Shown piece after piece: positions 49,279-59,346 of a stretch of DNA of 64,000 nucleotides (the stretch's first letter is position 1; every line of letters begins with the position of its first letter). This stretch comes from Candidatus Micrarchaeota archaeon. GTDB taxonomy: Archaea; Micrarchaeota; Micrarchaeia; Norongarragalinales; SBBD01. The stretch lies in NCBI GenBank assembly GCA_018819225.1, contig JAHJQN010000005.1, forward strand, positions 47,168 to 111,167, given 5' to 3'. A program made the position numbers and the translations under genes. Below the pieces are notes generated by a model. The model was given only the letters and a program-made list of their open reading frames with translations. It was not told the origin of the DNA and did not search any database.

Positions 49279-50319
49279 GGAATCGCTCAGCCCAAATAAA
49301 AAAGAGTCGCCACGGAGCTATATAGCACGCGCCATCCGACGGAAACGTTTATATAGGCTTTTAAGCTAAATACTTAACCTGCGCGAATTTGCGATTTGCG
49401 TAGCTGGTTGCTGTAGTCCCGGCGAATCGAAGCTCGTGCTATGACCGATTCCTTGAGCGGTCCCTTGATCTATGATAGGGCGTATTACGCTCCATTCCAC
49501 TACAGCGGCCGATGGGAATGTGAGCAATCGTTTTGAATCACGATTCACGTTCGACGGACGCGGACCTCAACGCCAAAATAAATCGTTTAGTTCTTTGCGA
49601 CTCGTAATTCGCAATCAGTTAAATTCAGTACGGATTGCACACGCGCTCTTCCGAGAGGGAGAGTGGCGTGTAACACCAGTTGATCCTGCTGGAGGATATT
49701 GCTATCAGAATTCGACTAAGCCATGCAAGTCAGTGTTACCACCTGGTAACACGGCGAACGGCTCAGTAACGCGTACTTAACTTACCCTAGGCAGGCGAAT
49801 AACTTCGGGAAACTGAAGGGAATACGCCGTAGGAAACAATTTCTGGAACGAAGTGTTTCTTAAAGTGCTCCGAATTGTAGGAGTTACGGCCTAGGATGGG
49901 AGTGCGTCTGATTAGGCTGTTGGTGGGGTAAAGGCCCACCAAACCGATAATCAGTAGGAGCTATGGGAGTAGAAGCTCCGAGATGGGCACTGAGACAAGG
50001 GCCCAAGCCCTACGGGGTGCAGCAGGCGCGAAATTTCCGCAATGCGCGCAAGCGTGACGGGGGAATTCTGAGTGCTTCTCTTACGAGAAGCTTTTGCTTA
50101 GCTTGAATCGCTAGGCGAATAAGGAGTGGGTAAATCCTGTGCCAGCCGCCGCGGTAATACAGGTAGTCCAAGTGATATCCACGAATACTGAGTCTAAAGC
50201 GCTCGTAGCGGGTTCGGCAAGTTCTCTGTGAAATCTTCAAGCTCAACTTGAAGGCGTGCAGGGAATACTACCAGACTTGGGAGTGGGGGAGGCCAAGGGT
50301 ACTTTAGGGGGAGGAGTAA

Positions 50320-50379
50320 AACGACCTTTTCTTTCAAAAAGAAAAGCTCGACCAAAAGAAATCGACATGTCGTACTCAA
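50320..50379 (+). mobile_element. 60-nt BHB intron in 16S (about E. coli 695)
   Basis: GAGT-AAA-ACGAC...GTCGT-ACTC-AAA; removal restores GGAGTAAAATCCTG. Confidence 0.85.
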
Positions 50380-50595
50380 AATCCTGTAATCCTTAAAGGA
50401 CCTTCAGTAGCGAAGGCGCTTGGCCAAAACACGTCCGACCGTGAGGAGCGAAGGCCAGGGGAGCAAATCGGATTAGATACCCGAGTAGTCCTGGCAGTAA
50501 ATGATGCAGACTAGGCATTGCAATGGTTTCGAACTGTTGCAGGGCCGTAGGGAAGCTGATAAGTCTGCCACTTGGGGAGTACGGTCGCAAGACTT

Positions 50596-50636
<41 letters not shown>

Positions 50637-51177
50637 TGCTGCGGTTCAATTGGACTCAACGCCGGGAAACTCACCAGGAGAGACAGCAGAATGAAGCTCA
50701 GGCTAAAGACCTTAGCTGACAAGCTGAGAGGTGTTGCATGGCCAGCGTCAGTTCGTGCCGTGAGGTGTCAAGTTAAGTCTTGCAACGAACGAGATCTTCA
50801 TCCACAGTTGCCAGTTTCGCGGTAACGCGGAGCGCACTCTGTGGAAACTGCCTGCGTTAAGTAGGAGGAAGGAGAAGGCGACGCTAGGTCTGTATGGCCC
50901 GAATCTCCTGGGCCACACGTGGCATACAATGGCGGAGACAATGGGTTCCGACGCCGAAAGGCGAAGGTAATCTCCGAAACTCCGTCTAAGTCCGGATTGG
51001 GGGCTGAAACTCGTCCCCATGAAGCTGGAATCCCTAGTAATCGCGTGTCATCATCGCGCGGTGAATATGTCCCCGCTCCTTGCACACACCGCCCGTCAAG
51101 TCAACCAAGCGAGGCTTTAGTGAGGCTTGGTCTTCGGATCAAGTCGAGCTAGAACTTTGTAAGGTGGATTAAGTCGT

Positions 51178-51946
51178 AAGAACGTTGCGACCTCGGATCT
51201 GTGAGGATTTGAGAAAAAATCTGCTATATGCTGGAAACCCCGAGCATCTCAGGCTACCATCGGAAACGACGCTTCGGAATGAATATCATTCTCGAAGAAA
51301 TTCAGTTGGTGAAAATGTTTTGAGTGCGGGCAATCAGCAGGGAAGTCGGCGCGAAAGCGCTTGACCCCTCAGAGACTACACGCAGACTTCTATAGTGCAA
51401 GAGAACATGAAGGCATATCTCCTTGGCGCGCTACACGATGGCTCCAATCACGGTAACACGTACCGAATCGTCCAAAAAGAAGAAGAATACGTCCGCTGGA
51501 TTGCGGATGAACTTCATCAAATGGGCATTTCGGCATGGGTTTATCGGGAAGGAGCTGAACGACATTTATTCGTCGTCGAGTTCTCGAAAAGTCGGTTATC
51601 GGAAATCAAGATCAATAGTCTTGAAGAGAAAACTGAATACATTCGAGGATACTTCGATGCCGAAGGTAGCGTACCATTGAAATCGGGAGCCAGAATGTAC
51701 ATTTATTTCTGCCAAAAAGACCGAAAGGATCTGGAAGAAGTAAAAACATTCTTGGAAGAACTTGGAATCGTTTGTGGAAAAACCCACAATCCAACGTTCA
51801 AAGAACCTGATTATTGGAGATTCTTCATTGGATGTAAATCCTACAAAGCATTTGCATCTAAAATTGGTTCTCGCCATCCTCGAAAGAGGAAAGTACTCGA
51901 GAAGATGATATAGTCCATGCCGCGCAGCGATGCGTGGAAGAACATG
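51178..51946 (+). mobile_element. Group I intron in 16S after U1498 (E. coli numbering)
   Basis: P1 GTCGT/GCGAC with G-U; P ATGCTGGAAA, Q AATCAGCAGG, R TCAGAGACTA, S ATGATATAGTCC; terminal G; removal restores AAGTCGTAACAAGG. Confidence 0.92.
51395..51913 (+). CDS. LAGLIDADG homing endonuclease (group I intron, between R and S)
   Basis: YLLGALHDG and YIRGYFDAEG. Confidence 0.9.
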   Translation: MQENMKAYLLGALHDGSNHGNTYRIVQKEEEYVRWIADELHQMGISAWVYREGAERHLFVVEFSKSRLSEIKINSLEEKTEYIRGYFDAEGSVPLKSGARMYIYFCQKDRKDLEEVKTFLEELGIVCGKTHNPTFKEPDYWRFFIGCKSYKAFASKIGSRHPRKRKVLEKMI

Positions 51947-52087
51947 AACAAGGTAGCCGTAGGGGAACCTGCGGCTAGATCACCTCAAAAATCAATAAGA
52001 ACTAAAAGGTGATTTCAAAGCAAGGAAGTCAATTAAGTCAATTTCCTTTTTTGGAAACAATGAGGTCCGCGTCTTTATTTTTCTTAA

Positions 52088-52196
52088 GGGCTCGTGGCGC
52101 AGTGGTAGCGCGCCTGCTTTGCAAGCAGGAGGCCGTGGGTTCAAAGCCCTCGCGCCGGCGTTTCGCTGACCGGGGATGAAAATCCCACCGAGTCCA
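52088..52196 (+). tRNA. tRNA-Ala(TGC) in 16S-23S spacer with T-loop intron (52146-52182)
   Basis: GGGCTCG/CGAGTCC acceptor stem, TTCA/TGAA BHB helix. Confidence 0.93.
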
Positions 52197-54348
52197 TCGA
52201 TTTTTTCTTTTTGAAAAAAAGAAAACATTCAGTAAAAGAAAAATGAAAACCAATTATGATTCAAAAAAAATATGAAAATATTTTTTGTTTCCCTTTTTCT
52301 TCATTGAAGGGGGAAGCATTCGATGCAATTCCCGAGTAAGTCCTTCTTGGTCCGAAGAGGTTTCGTGGAATGAAGTGCGGAAGAGCATGAAGCAGTATAG
52401 GTTTAGTGTTCACTGAGAATAGTGGCTACTAGAGCCGTTCAGTGGATGGTTTGGCTTAGGTAACGACGAAGGACGTGGCAAGCTGCGATAAGCTCGGGGA
52501 AGGCGCACGCAGCCTCCGATCCCGAGATTTCCGAATCGTTTCGAGAGAAACGGAGACCGGCAGAATTGAAATATCTTAGTATGCCGAGGAAAAGAAATCA
52601 ATAGAGATGCCGTTAGTAACGCGAGTGAAACCGGCGTAGGGCAAACCGAATCCTCTCCGCGAGGAGAGAAGAGATGTGGTGTTGTAGGACCCGCTTTTAG
52701 TGAAGAGACCGTAGCCGAAGTGCGTTGGAAAACGTTGCGATACAAGGTGAAAGCCCTGTAGGCGACACGGTGTTTTCATGTGCGGAGTTCCTGAGTAGCG
52801 CCCGCTGATTTGCGAGCGTGAATCTGGGAGTACTAACTTCCAACCCTAAATATACCCTAAGACCGATAGCGAACCAGTAGCGCGAGCAAAAACTGAAAAG
52901 TATGCAAAAAATGCAAGTAAAAAGAGCCTGAAACTGAAACGGTTACATTAAGGCGCGGCGTAAAAGTAGTATGAGTTCCAACGATACGACGTTGCGCCCT
53001 ACTTCTTGAAGCAAGAGCCAAGGAGTTTATGGAAGTGGCGAGCATTGTGCACAGCGAAAGCGAGACTCCCGCATCGTAGCAATACGAAAGGGGAGGGGTG
53101 GTAATTCGCCCGAAGTCACTGCCATAAGATTTGAAGCCGGAGCGATCTAAGCGTGGGCAGGGCGAAGTCCCTCTTCAGAGGGGCGGAGGCCCGCAACCAG
53201 TGTTAGTCTATCTACTTGGGTGACCCGCGTTTAGGGGTGATAGGTCATTCGAGCCCGGTATTAGCAGATTCCCTCCGAAGTGGCCCGTAGGCCAGCCCTG
53301 TTGGAGGCGAACGATAGGTAGAGCGACTGATTTGGGGGAGCGGGAAGTAACATTCTCACCTCCTTGTCAAACTCCGAAGCTATCGTTGCCGTAGAAGACA
53401 GGAGTCGGGATGTACGAGGTAAGCGCGTACTCCGTGAGGGGAACGACCCCTACGGCGGTTAAGGTCCCAAAGAGTTGCTAAGTGTAAACGAAAGACGTCA
53501 TGGGTCTCAGACAGCGGGGAGGTAGGAACAGAAGCTCCCATCCTTTAAACAACGCGTAACAGCGGACCCGTCAAGATTTGTGGCGTCGTAAACTATCGGG
53601 ACTAAGCAATTCACCGATACCGTCGCACTGCTTTTTTTAAGAGCAGATTGGGTAGGAGGGCGTACGGCTTGGGTAGAAGTCGGGCCGTGAGGTCCGGTCG
53701 ACCGAGTCGTAATGAAGATCTTGGTGCTAGTAGTATCTATTCCAGGTGAGAATCCTGGACGCCGGAAGGGCAAGGGTTTCTTGGCAATGCTTTTCAGCCA
53801 AGAGTTAGTCGGTCCTAAGACTAAACGTAAATGTGATGTCAAAAGGGAAAGGCGTTAATAATCGTCTACCTGTTGGGTGAGTGTGGCAACACAAGATAAT
53901 ATCTAACGCTTGTGGGCAGGCCCCGTGCGATTTATCTCGCACTTAACTTGGATAACGCGAGGAAGTCTCGTTGAGAGGAGCACTCGCGTAAACGAGGAAA
54001 GGGGCTCATCCCAAAAGTCCTTGAAAAGGGTATTAGAATCTTCCTGACAGACCGTACCGAGATCTAGAACAAGTGCCCCTAGCAAAGAAAGCTAAGGCGT
54101 GACAGGAGAACTAAGGCAAGGGAACTCGGCAAAATCGTCCCGTACCTTCGGTACAAGGGATGCCTACACCTCTTCGGAATTTATTGTCGAAGATCTGTAG
54201 GTCGCAGTGACAAGGGGACTCCGACTGTTTAGCAAAAACACAGGTCTCCGCAAAGTGGAAACGCTGTGTACGGAGGCTGACGCCTGCTCACTACCAGTAC
54301 CTGAACCCGGGTTTCAACCTGGTGAAGGGCTGGCAAAGAGCGGGAGTA

Positions 54349-54998
54349 ATTCAAGTCTTCCCGAATAGAATCATCGGAAACGATGCGAGATAATTCATTT
54401 ATCTTAAGCTTCCGTGAAAAACGCATGCGAAAACGATTTCCATCTGAGAAAGAAGAATATTTTCTCGGAGCTTTAGCTGACTCACATCTAGATAAGGAAC
54501 GCAACGAATTGCAAATATACCAAAAAAATGTCGGTTGGTTGCAAATGATGAATGCCTTACTTTTCGAAATTTTCGGATTGAAAGGACGGATTTACAAACG
54601 CGATGTTTATTGGTTAAGAAAACGTAATAAAAACATGATGAAGCGGATACTCGAGCTTCAAACGCTCCCGATATCTGACGGAAAATGTTTTGTTGCGGGA
54701 TTATTCGATGCGGAAGGAAGTGTGTACACTTCCACATCATCTAAGATTCCCGTCTTAGATATAACGCAATGTGAACGTGGATTGGAGAGTCTACACGTTT
54801 CTCAACGCGTTCTATCAAATGTCGGAATAATGAGTCATCTAAATGGTCCATACCAGCATAAGTATGGAAAAATTCCGCAGTATCATCTGCGGATTTATGG
54901 AAAACGTTTTAGTCAGCGTTTTTTAGAACTGATTCCCATAAAACATGTGGAAAAACGAAACAAGTTATCTCGTTTATTGGAGAAGGCTTGGACTCCAC
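54349..54998 (+). mobile_element. 650-nt BHB intron in 23S helix 69 loop (about 1912/1913)
   Basis: GGAG-TAA-TTCAAG...CTTGGA-CTCC-ACA; removal restores GGGAGTAACTCTGACTCTC. Confidence 0.88.
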
Positions 54999-55024
54999 AC
55001 TCTGACTCTCTTAAGGTAGCGTAA
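54383..55024 (+). CDS. LAGLIDADG homing endonuclease of the 23S intron (linear ORF runs into the exon)
   Basis: YFLGALADS and FVAGLFDAEG. Confidence 0.88.
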   Translation: MRDNSFILSFREKRMRKRFPSEKEEYFLGALADSHLDKERNELQIYQKNVGWLQMMNALLFEIFGLKGRIYKRDVYWLRKRNKNMMKRILELQTLPISDGKCFVAGLFDAEGSVYTSTSSKIPVLDITQCERGLESLHVSQRVLSNVGIMSHLNGPYQHKYGKIPQYHLRIYGKRFSQRFLELIPIKHVEKRNKLSRLLEKAWTPHSDSLKVA

Positions 55025-55552
55025 TACCTCGCCGCTTAATTGGCGGCTTGCATGAATGGCGTAACGAGTGTCCTACTGTCCCTGCCTTAGACCTGGCGAA
55101 CCCGCTACTCAGTGAACATGCTGAGGACGTCTAGGGGGAAACGAAGACCCCGTGGAGCTTAACCGCAGCCTGTTGTTGCGCTGTGGTTGGGAGTTCAAAG
55201 CGTAAGCAGGAGCCGTTATGTCCGCCCTTCCGGGGGCGGGATAGGCGAAAGTGTGACACTGCTAATTTTTGACTACGGCGCTCATCCGCAAGGAAACAGC
55301 TGCAGGTGGGCGGTTTGACTGGGGCGGTACGCCTTCGATAAAAAAACAAAGGCGCCCAATGCTTAGCTCAAGAGCGTCAGAAATGCTCTGTAGAGGGTTA
55401 AACACAAATGCTAGGCTGACTGAGACTCTAAAAAAATGAGTCGCAGACACGAAAGTGGGGGTTAACGAACAATGATGTCTCCTTTATTGGGAGCTCATTC
55501 TGACAGACAAGCTACCCCGGGGGTAACAGGCTCGTCGCAGGCAAGAGTTCAT

Positions 55553-55740
55553 ACTCTTTCCTTTTTCTTTTTTAGTGAAAAAGGTTTATCTGCGTACGAC
55601 GGATCTAACGTTTCTTTTCTAGAATGTCAATAGTACGAGCGAAAATTTTCTCGCAACCAAGTGCTATTGAAAATCAGAGAGGTAACGCCGTCGGACGCGA
55701 CGATTTGGGAAACGTTTTTTTCTCTCATCGAGAGGAGGAA
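55553..55740 (+). mobile_element. 188-nt ORF-less intron in 23S helix 89 (about 2477/2478), relaxed BHB, boundary +/-1 nt
   Basis: Removal restores AAGAGTTCATATCGACC; terminal stem TCTTTC/GAGAGG. Confidence 0.8.
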
Positions 55741-56322
55741 ATCGACCCTGCGGTTTGGTACATCGCTATCGGCTCAGGTCATCCTGGTGGTGCAGGAGCC
55801 ACCAAGGGTTGGGTTGTTCATCCATTAAAGACCTACGTTAGTTGGGTTCAGAACGTCGCGAGACAGTTCGGTGGCATCTCCTAGGCGTGTTTGGCCGTCT
55901 GAGGGTAAGGTTCCCTAAGTACGAGAGGAACGGGGAATCGGCGCCTCTGGTGGAGCGGCTGTTTTACAAAGCAAGCCGCGTGGCTACGCGCTAACGAATA
56001 AGCCCTGAAGGCATCTAAGGACGAAGTCGTTCCTAAAACGAGACGGCCCAGGTCAGTTACAGCACATGACGTTGATAGGGCGGACGTGTAAACCCCGAGC
56101 TTCGGCGAGGGGCGAGCGAACCGCTACTAACGACCTTTTTTTCATCACCCTCCCTTGTAGAAGGATGCAAAACATGTTACAACGAGGGTTGTTATGAAAA
56201 CCATTGTTCTCAATGAAACACTAAACCGATATTGCTTTCTCAAATTCCGCACTTCCTTGTGCATCGTTTATTTTGAAAGCCCGAGCGCAAGCCATATAAA
56301 AACGGGTGGCATTAAGTGGCGC

Positions 56323-56700
56323 ATGGACCCTGGCGTCAAAGAGTATTTCGTGCTGTTCGTTCACGCGTTCGTGTTGTGGGCGTTGTGCGGCGCGGTGATG
56401 GCGATGGGTCAAGCCATGACCACCATGGAGAATGCGCTGATCGCGCACGCTTTGGCTGCTCCGTTGATTGCGGCAGGTGTCTCAGCGCACTATTTCTACC
56501 GGTTCGCGTACACGGGGGCATTGAAAACGGCGCTGTTTTTCGTGGGATTCGTGATCTTCATGGACGCGTTCGTCGTCGCCCTCTTCATTCAAAACAGTTT
56601 CGACATGTTTTACAGTTTGTTGGGCACGTGGATTCCGTTCGCGTTCATCTTCATGGCAACGCTTTTCGTCGGAATGAAAATGAAGAAACAAGGGAAATAG
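56323..56700 (+). CDS. Small multi-TM membrane protein
   Basis: Four hydrophobic segments; GTWIPF. Confidence 0.75.
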   Translation: MDPGVKEYFVLFVHAFVLWALCGAVMAMGQAMTTMENALIAHALAAPLIAAGVSAHYFYRFAYTGALKTALFFVGFVIFMDAFVVALFIQNSFDMFYSLLGTWIPFAFIFMATLFVGMKMKKQGK

Positions 56701-56701
56701 C

Positions 56702-57409
56702 ATGCCATTTCGCGACGCGCCCATTCCCGAACGACATGATTGGCGGCGTCATCCATTGCAAGCTCACGAATCGAACATGAACGGATTTCATTTGCATGTG
56801 GATGATCCTCACCAAATTCTAGAAAAAATAAAACGTCTCGAAGGCCAGCCACGAGAATTAACGGAGTGGGTTAAGGAAGCGAAACGCGAATCTCACATGA
56901 TCGAACTGGCGGAAGGTCCCACACCGGTTCCGCACGATATACCGAGCCATATAAGAAAAGAAATCGAGAACCCACGGCATACCATCGCATTATTTCCTGA
57001 ACCGGTACCGGGTAGTGAGCGAAGAGTGATACCAATGGAGTCACTGAGAACAAACCGCATTTTGCGGCATAGTGCATTTCAAGCTGAACCCCCTCTCAGC
57101 GAAAACGAGTATATATTAGACAGTGGAAGACCGCCGTACGTACTAACGCAAGTTTACGGTCAATTCGTGGAGGAACCCGAATATAGGAAAGAACGTTGGC
57201 GATTAGCGGACCCAGACTCTTTGCGCGATCCAAACTGGAGGGAAAATAGAGTGGATATCTGGCGCCCCATGACCGCTGCAGAGAGGCGAAGTTTCATCAC
57301 TCATTTTCGCGAATCGCTTCGAAGGCATCCCCATGCGGGATTTAACGACTTGCGAAATCCGTTAAAGCGCTTTAACGCCTTGCTTAAAGCGCACAAGATC
57401 AGGGAATAG
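56702..57409 (+). CDS. Hypothetical R/H/P-rich protein
   Basis: 235-aa ORF. Confidence 0.55.
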   Translation: MPFRDAPIPERHDWRRHPLQAHESNMNGFHLHVDDPHQILEKIKRLEGQPRELTEWVKEAKRESHMIELAEGPTPVPHDIPSHIRKEIENPRHTIALFPEPVPGSERRVIPMESLRTNRILRHSAFQAEPPLSENEYILDSGRPPYVLTQVYGQFVEEPEYRKERWRLADPDSLRDPNWRENRVDIWRPMTAAERRSFITHFRESLRRHPHAGFNDLRNPLKRFNALLKAHKIRE

Positions 57410-57449
57410 TCCGCTAATCCATTTATTAACGATATCGAATATTCATCTA

Positions 57450-57890
57450 ATGATGAAGCAGGTCCGGCGTGGAAAAAAAAGGAACGCGGGAGCAGCAGAA
57501 GACGGAATCATTAAAGGGCTACTGATCGCGATCGCGATTCTGGCGCTTCTGATGCTGTACTTGAACGCGTTTAAAGCAGGAGAAGAAGGGTTTACGCAGA
57601 TTTACTTGAACGAAAACGGGCGGGAAACGGAAGGCATTGCCGGCCATCCGTACGCGTTTCGCTTTACAATCGAAAACTTCGAGGGACACGACGTGGTTTA
57701 CGAATACCAGGTGTTGGTCGCTGATGAACAAATCATTGAAAAGAAAGTCATCTTGAAGGAAGGCGATCAACGATCGATTTCGGAAACGGTGCCGTCGTTG
57801 GATAACGGCGAAAACCGAGTCCGTATTTTTGTTCAAACGGATAGCGAAGAGGATCCGTTAAGTTTATACTTTTACGTCTACGCGCGTTAA
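57450..57890 (+). CDS. DUF1616-like membrane-anchored protein
   Basis: TM then EGFTQIYLN, IENFEG...Y. Confidence 0.7.
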   Translation: MMKQVRRGKKRNAGAAEDGIIKGLLIAIAILALLMLYLNAFKAGEEGFTQIYLNENGRETEGIAGHPYAFRFTIENFEGHDVVYEYQVLVADEQIIEKKVILKEGDQRSISETVPSLDNGENRVRIFVQTDSEEDPLSLYFYVYAR

Positions 57891-57902
57891 GCAGTTGATG
57901 GC

Positions 57903-58547
57903 ATGAAGGCGTTTGATCACATTGCAGACGAGTGGAATCAATACCGCAATCGCCCGATAGGGGCACTAAACGTTTTTCTCCCAAAATGGAAAGGGAATGA
58001 AGTCGTGTTGGATGCGGGTTGCGGGAATGGACGCAATCTCATTCCCATCATCAAAAAATGTCGGCGAGCGTACGGAGTAGACTCCTCGAGAAACATGCTG
58101 GCTCATGCGAAAAACAACCTGAAAAAAGCAGGAGTTCGTGCGATCTTGAAGCACGCGGACATCCGGAAACTACCGTTTGTCGATGAACGCTTCGACGTGA
58201 TTTTTTGTATGGCGGTCTTGCACCACATGCCTCCCAAACAAATGCGGAAGGCGTTGAAAGAAATGCATCGCGTGTTGAGGCCGGGAGGCCGCTTGTACGC
58301 GAGCGTCTGGAGTTTCAGGCATCCGAAAGCGAAAAAATATCACGTGAAGGAAGGCAAAATTCCGTGGAAACCGCACGGGCGCATTACGGGAAGGCGATAC
58401 CACTATTTTCTGACGAAAACGGAATGGCAGGACATCGTGAAACGGTCCGGATTCAACAAAGCGCACCTGTTTTTTGAGCGCAAAGGCCGACGCGTGCGTT
58501 ACCCGTTAGCGTATAACATGTGCTTGGAAGCGGAAAAGCATCATTAA
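57903..58547 (+). CDS. Class I SAM methyltransferase (Trm9-like)
   Basis: FDHIADEW, LDAGCGNGRN, AVLHH, RYHYF. Confidence 0.85.
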   Translation: MKAFDHIADEWNQYRNRPIGALNVFLPKWKGNEVVLDAGCGNGRNLIPIIKKCRRAYGVDSSRNMLAHAKNNLKKAGVRAILKHADIRKLPFVDERFDVIFCMAVLHHMPPKQMRKALKEMHRVLRPGGRLYASVWSFRHPKAKKYHVKEGKIPWKPHGRITGRRYHYFLTKTEWQDIVKRSGFNKAHLFFERKGRRVRYPLAYNMCLEAEKHH

Positions 58548-58585
58548 TAAATTGCGGGTCGAACAGTAGGAGAAGGGGAGTTTGG

Positions 58586-59284
58586 TTGACCGAGTATTTA
58601 CATCAATTGAAGGAAATAGAGTTCACGGATTTCTGGCTTCAAGCGAAAAGCGAACTGTTCCTGCAGCATTTGCCTGATACGAAGAACAAGAGAGTGCTGG
58701 ATTTGGGTAGCGGAACCGGTTTGTTGAGCTTCAAGCTCGCGGAAAGAGGTTGGAAAGTCGATGCGTTGGAACCCAGCGCGGAAGCCGTTCAATGGATCCG
58801 GGAAAAGAAAGGAAGGAACGTGAACGTCATTCATAATTCACTGGAAGGATTTAAAGGAAAGAAGAAGTACGCGTTGATCGTCGCCTCCGACGTATTAGAG
58901 CATATTGAAGACGATGAAAGCGCGTTGGAAAAAATTAATGAAATGTTGGAACCAGGTGGTACCTTCATTCTTTCCGTTCCCGCTCATCCTGCATTATGGA
59001 ATGCGCATGACGAATATTGTGAGCACTGCCGTCGATATCGGAAAAGTGAATTGCACCAAAAATTAAAGAAGCATTTTAATGTCGAAAAGCTCCGGTACTG
59101 GAATTTTGCGATGCTACCTATTGCGCTCGCAAACAAAATGCTGTACCAGAAAAAGTATCCGCATCAAGCCATTAACTCGGTCGGTTGGTTGAATCGCTCC
59201 TTAACCGCGTACTACTTGATGGTGGAAAATACGGTGGCGTTTCCCATAGGCATCAGCTTGTTCGCCGTCGCAAAAAAGGCGTAA
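58586..59284 (+). CDS. Class I SAM methyltransferase
   Basis: VLDLGSGTG, DVLEHIEDD, HCRRY; TTG start inferred. Confidence 0.85.
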   Translation: MTEYLHQLKEIEFTDFWLQAKSELFLQHLPDTKNKRVLDLGSGTGLLSFKLAERGWKVDALEPSAEAVQWIREKKGRNVNVIHNSLEGFKGKKKYALIVASDVLEHIEDDESALEKINEMLEPGGTFILSVPAHPALWNAHDEYCEHCRRYRKSELHQKLKKHFNVEKLRYWNFAMLPIALANKMLYQKKYPHQAINSVGWLNRSLTAYYLMVENTVAFPIGISLFAVAKKA

Positions 59285-59346
59285 CGCCATACCGATTCCA
59301 TTAAATAGGATTCGCCATTAAGCCCCTTCATTCACGACGGATCCGT

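Larger units (their letters stand above)
52424..56135 (+). rRNA. 23S rRNA with two BHB introns; no adjacent 5S seen
   Basis: GACCGATAGCGAAC, CTCTTAAGGTAGC, GAAGACCCCGTGGAGC, AGTACGAGAGGAAC (SRL); ends approximate. Confidence 0.96.

Noticed and set aside
49380-49670. Separate ncRNA (SRP or RNase P) upstream of 16S
   Set aside because: Better explained as the 5' external spacer; parts pair with sequence after 16S (TTTAGTTCTT/AAGAACTAAA, TTCCTTG/CAAGGAA)
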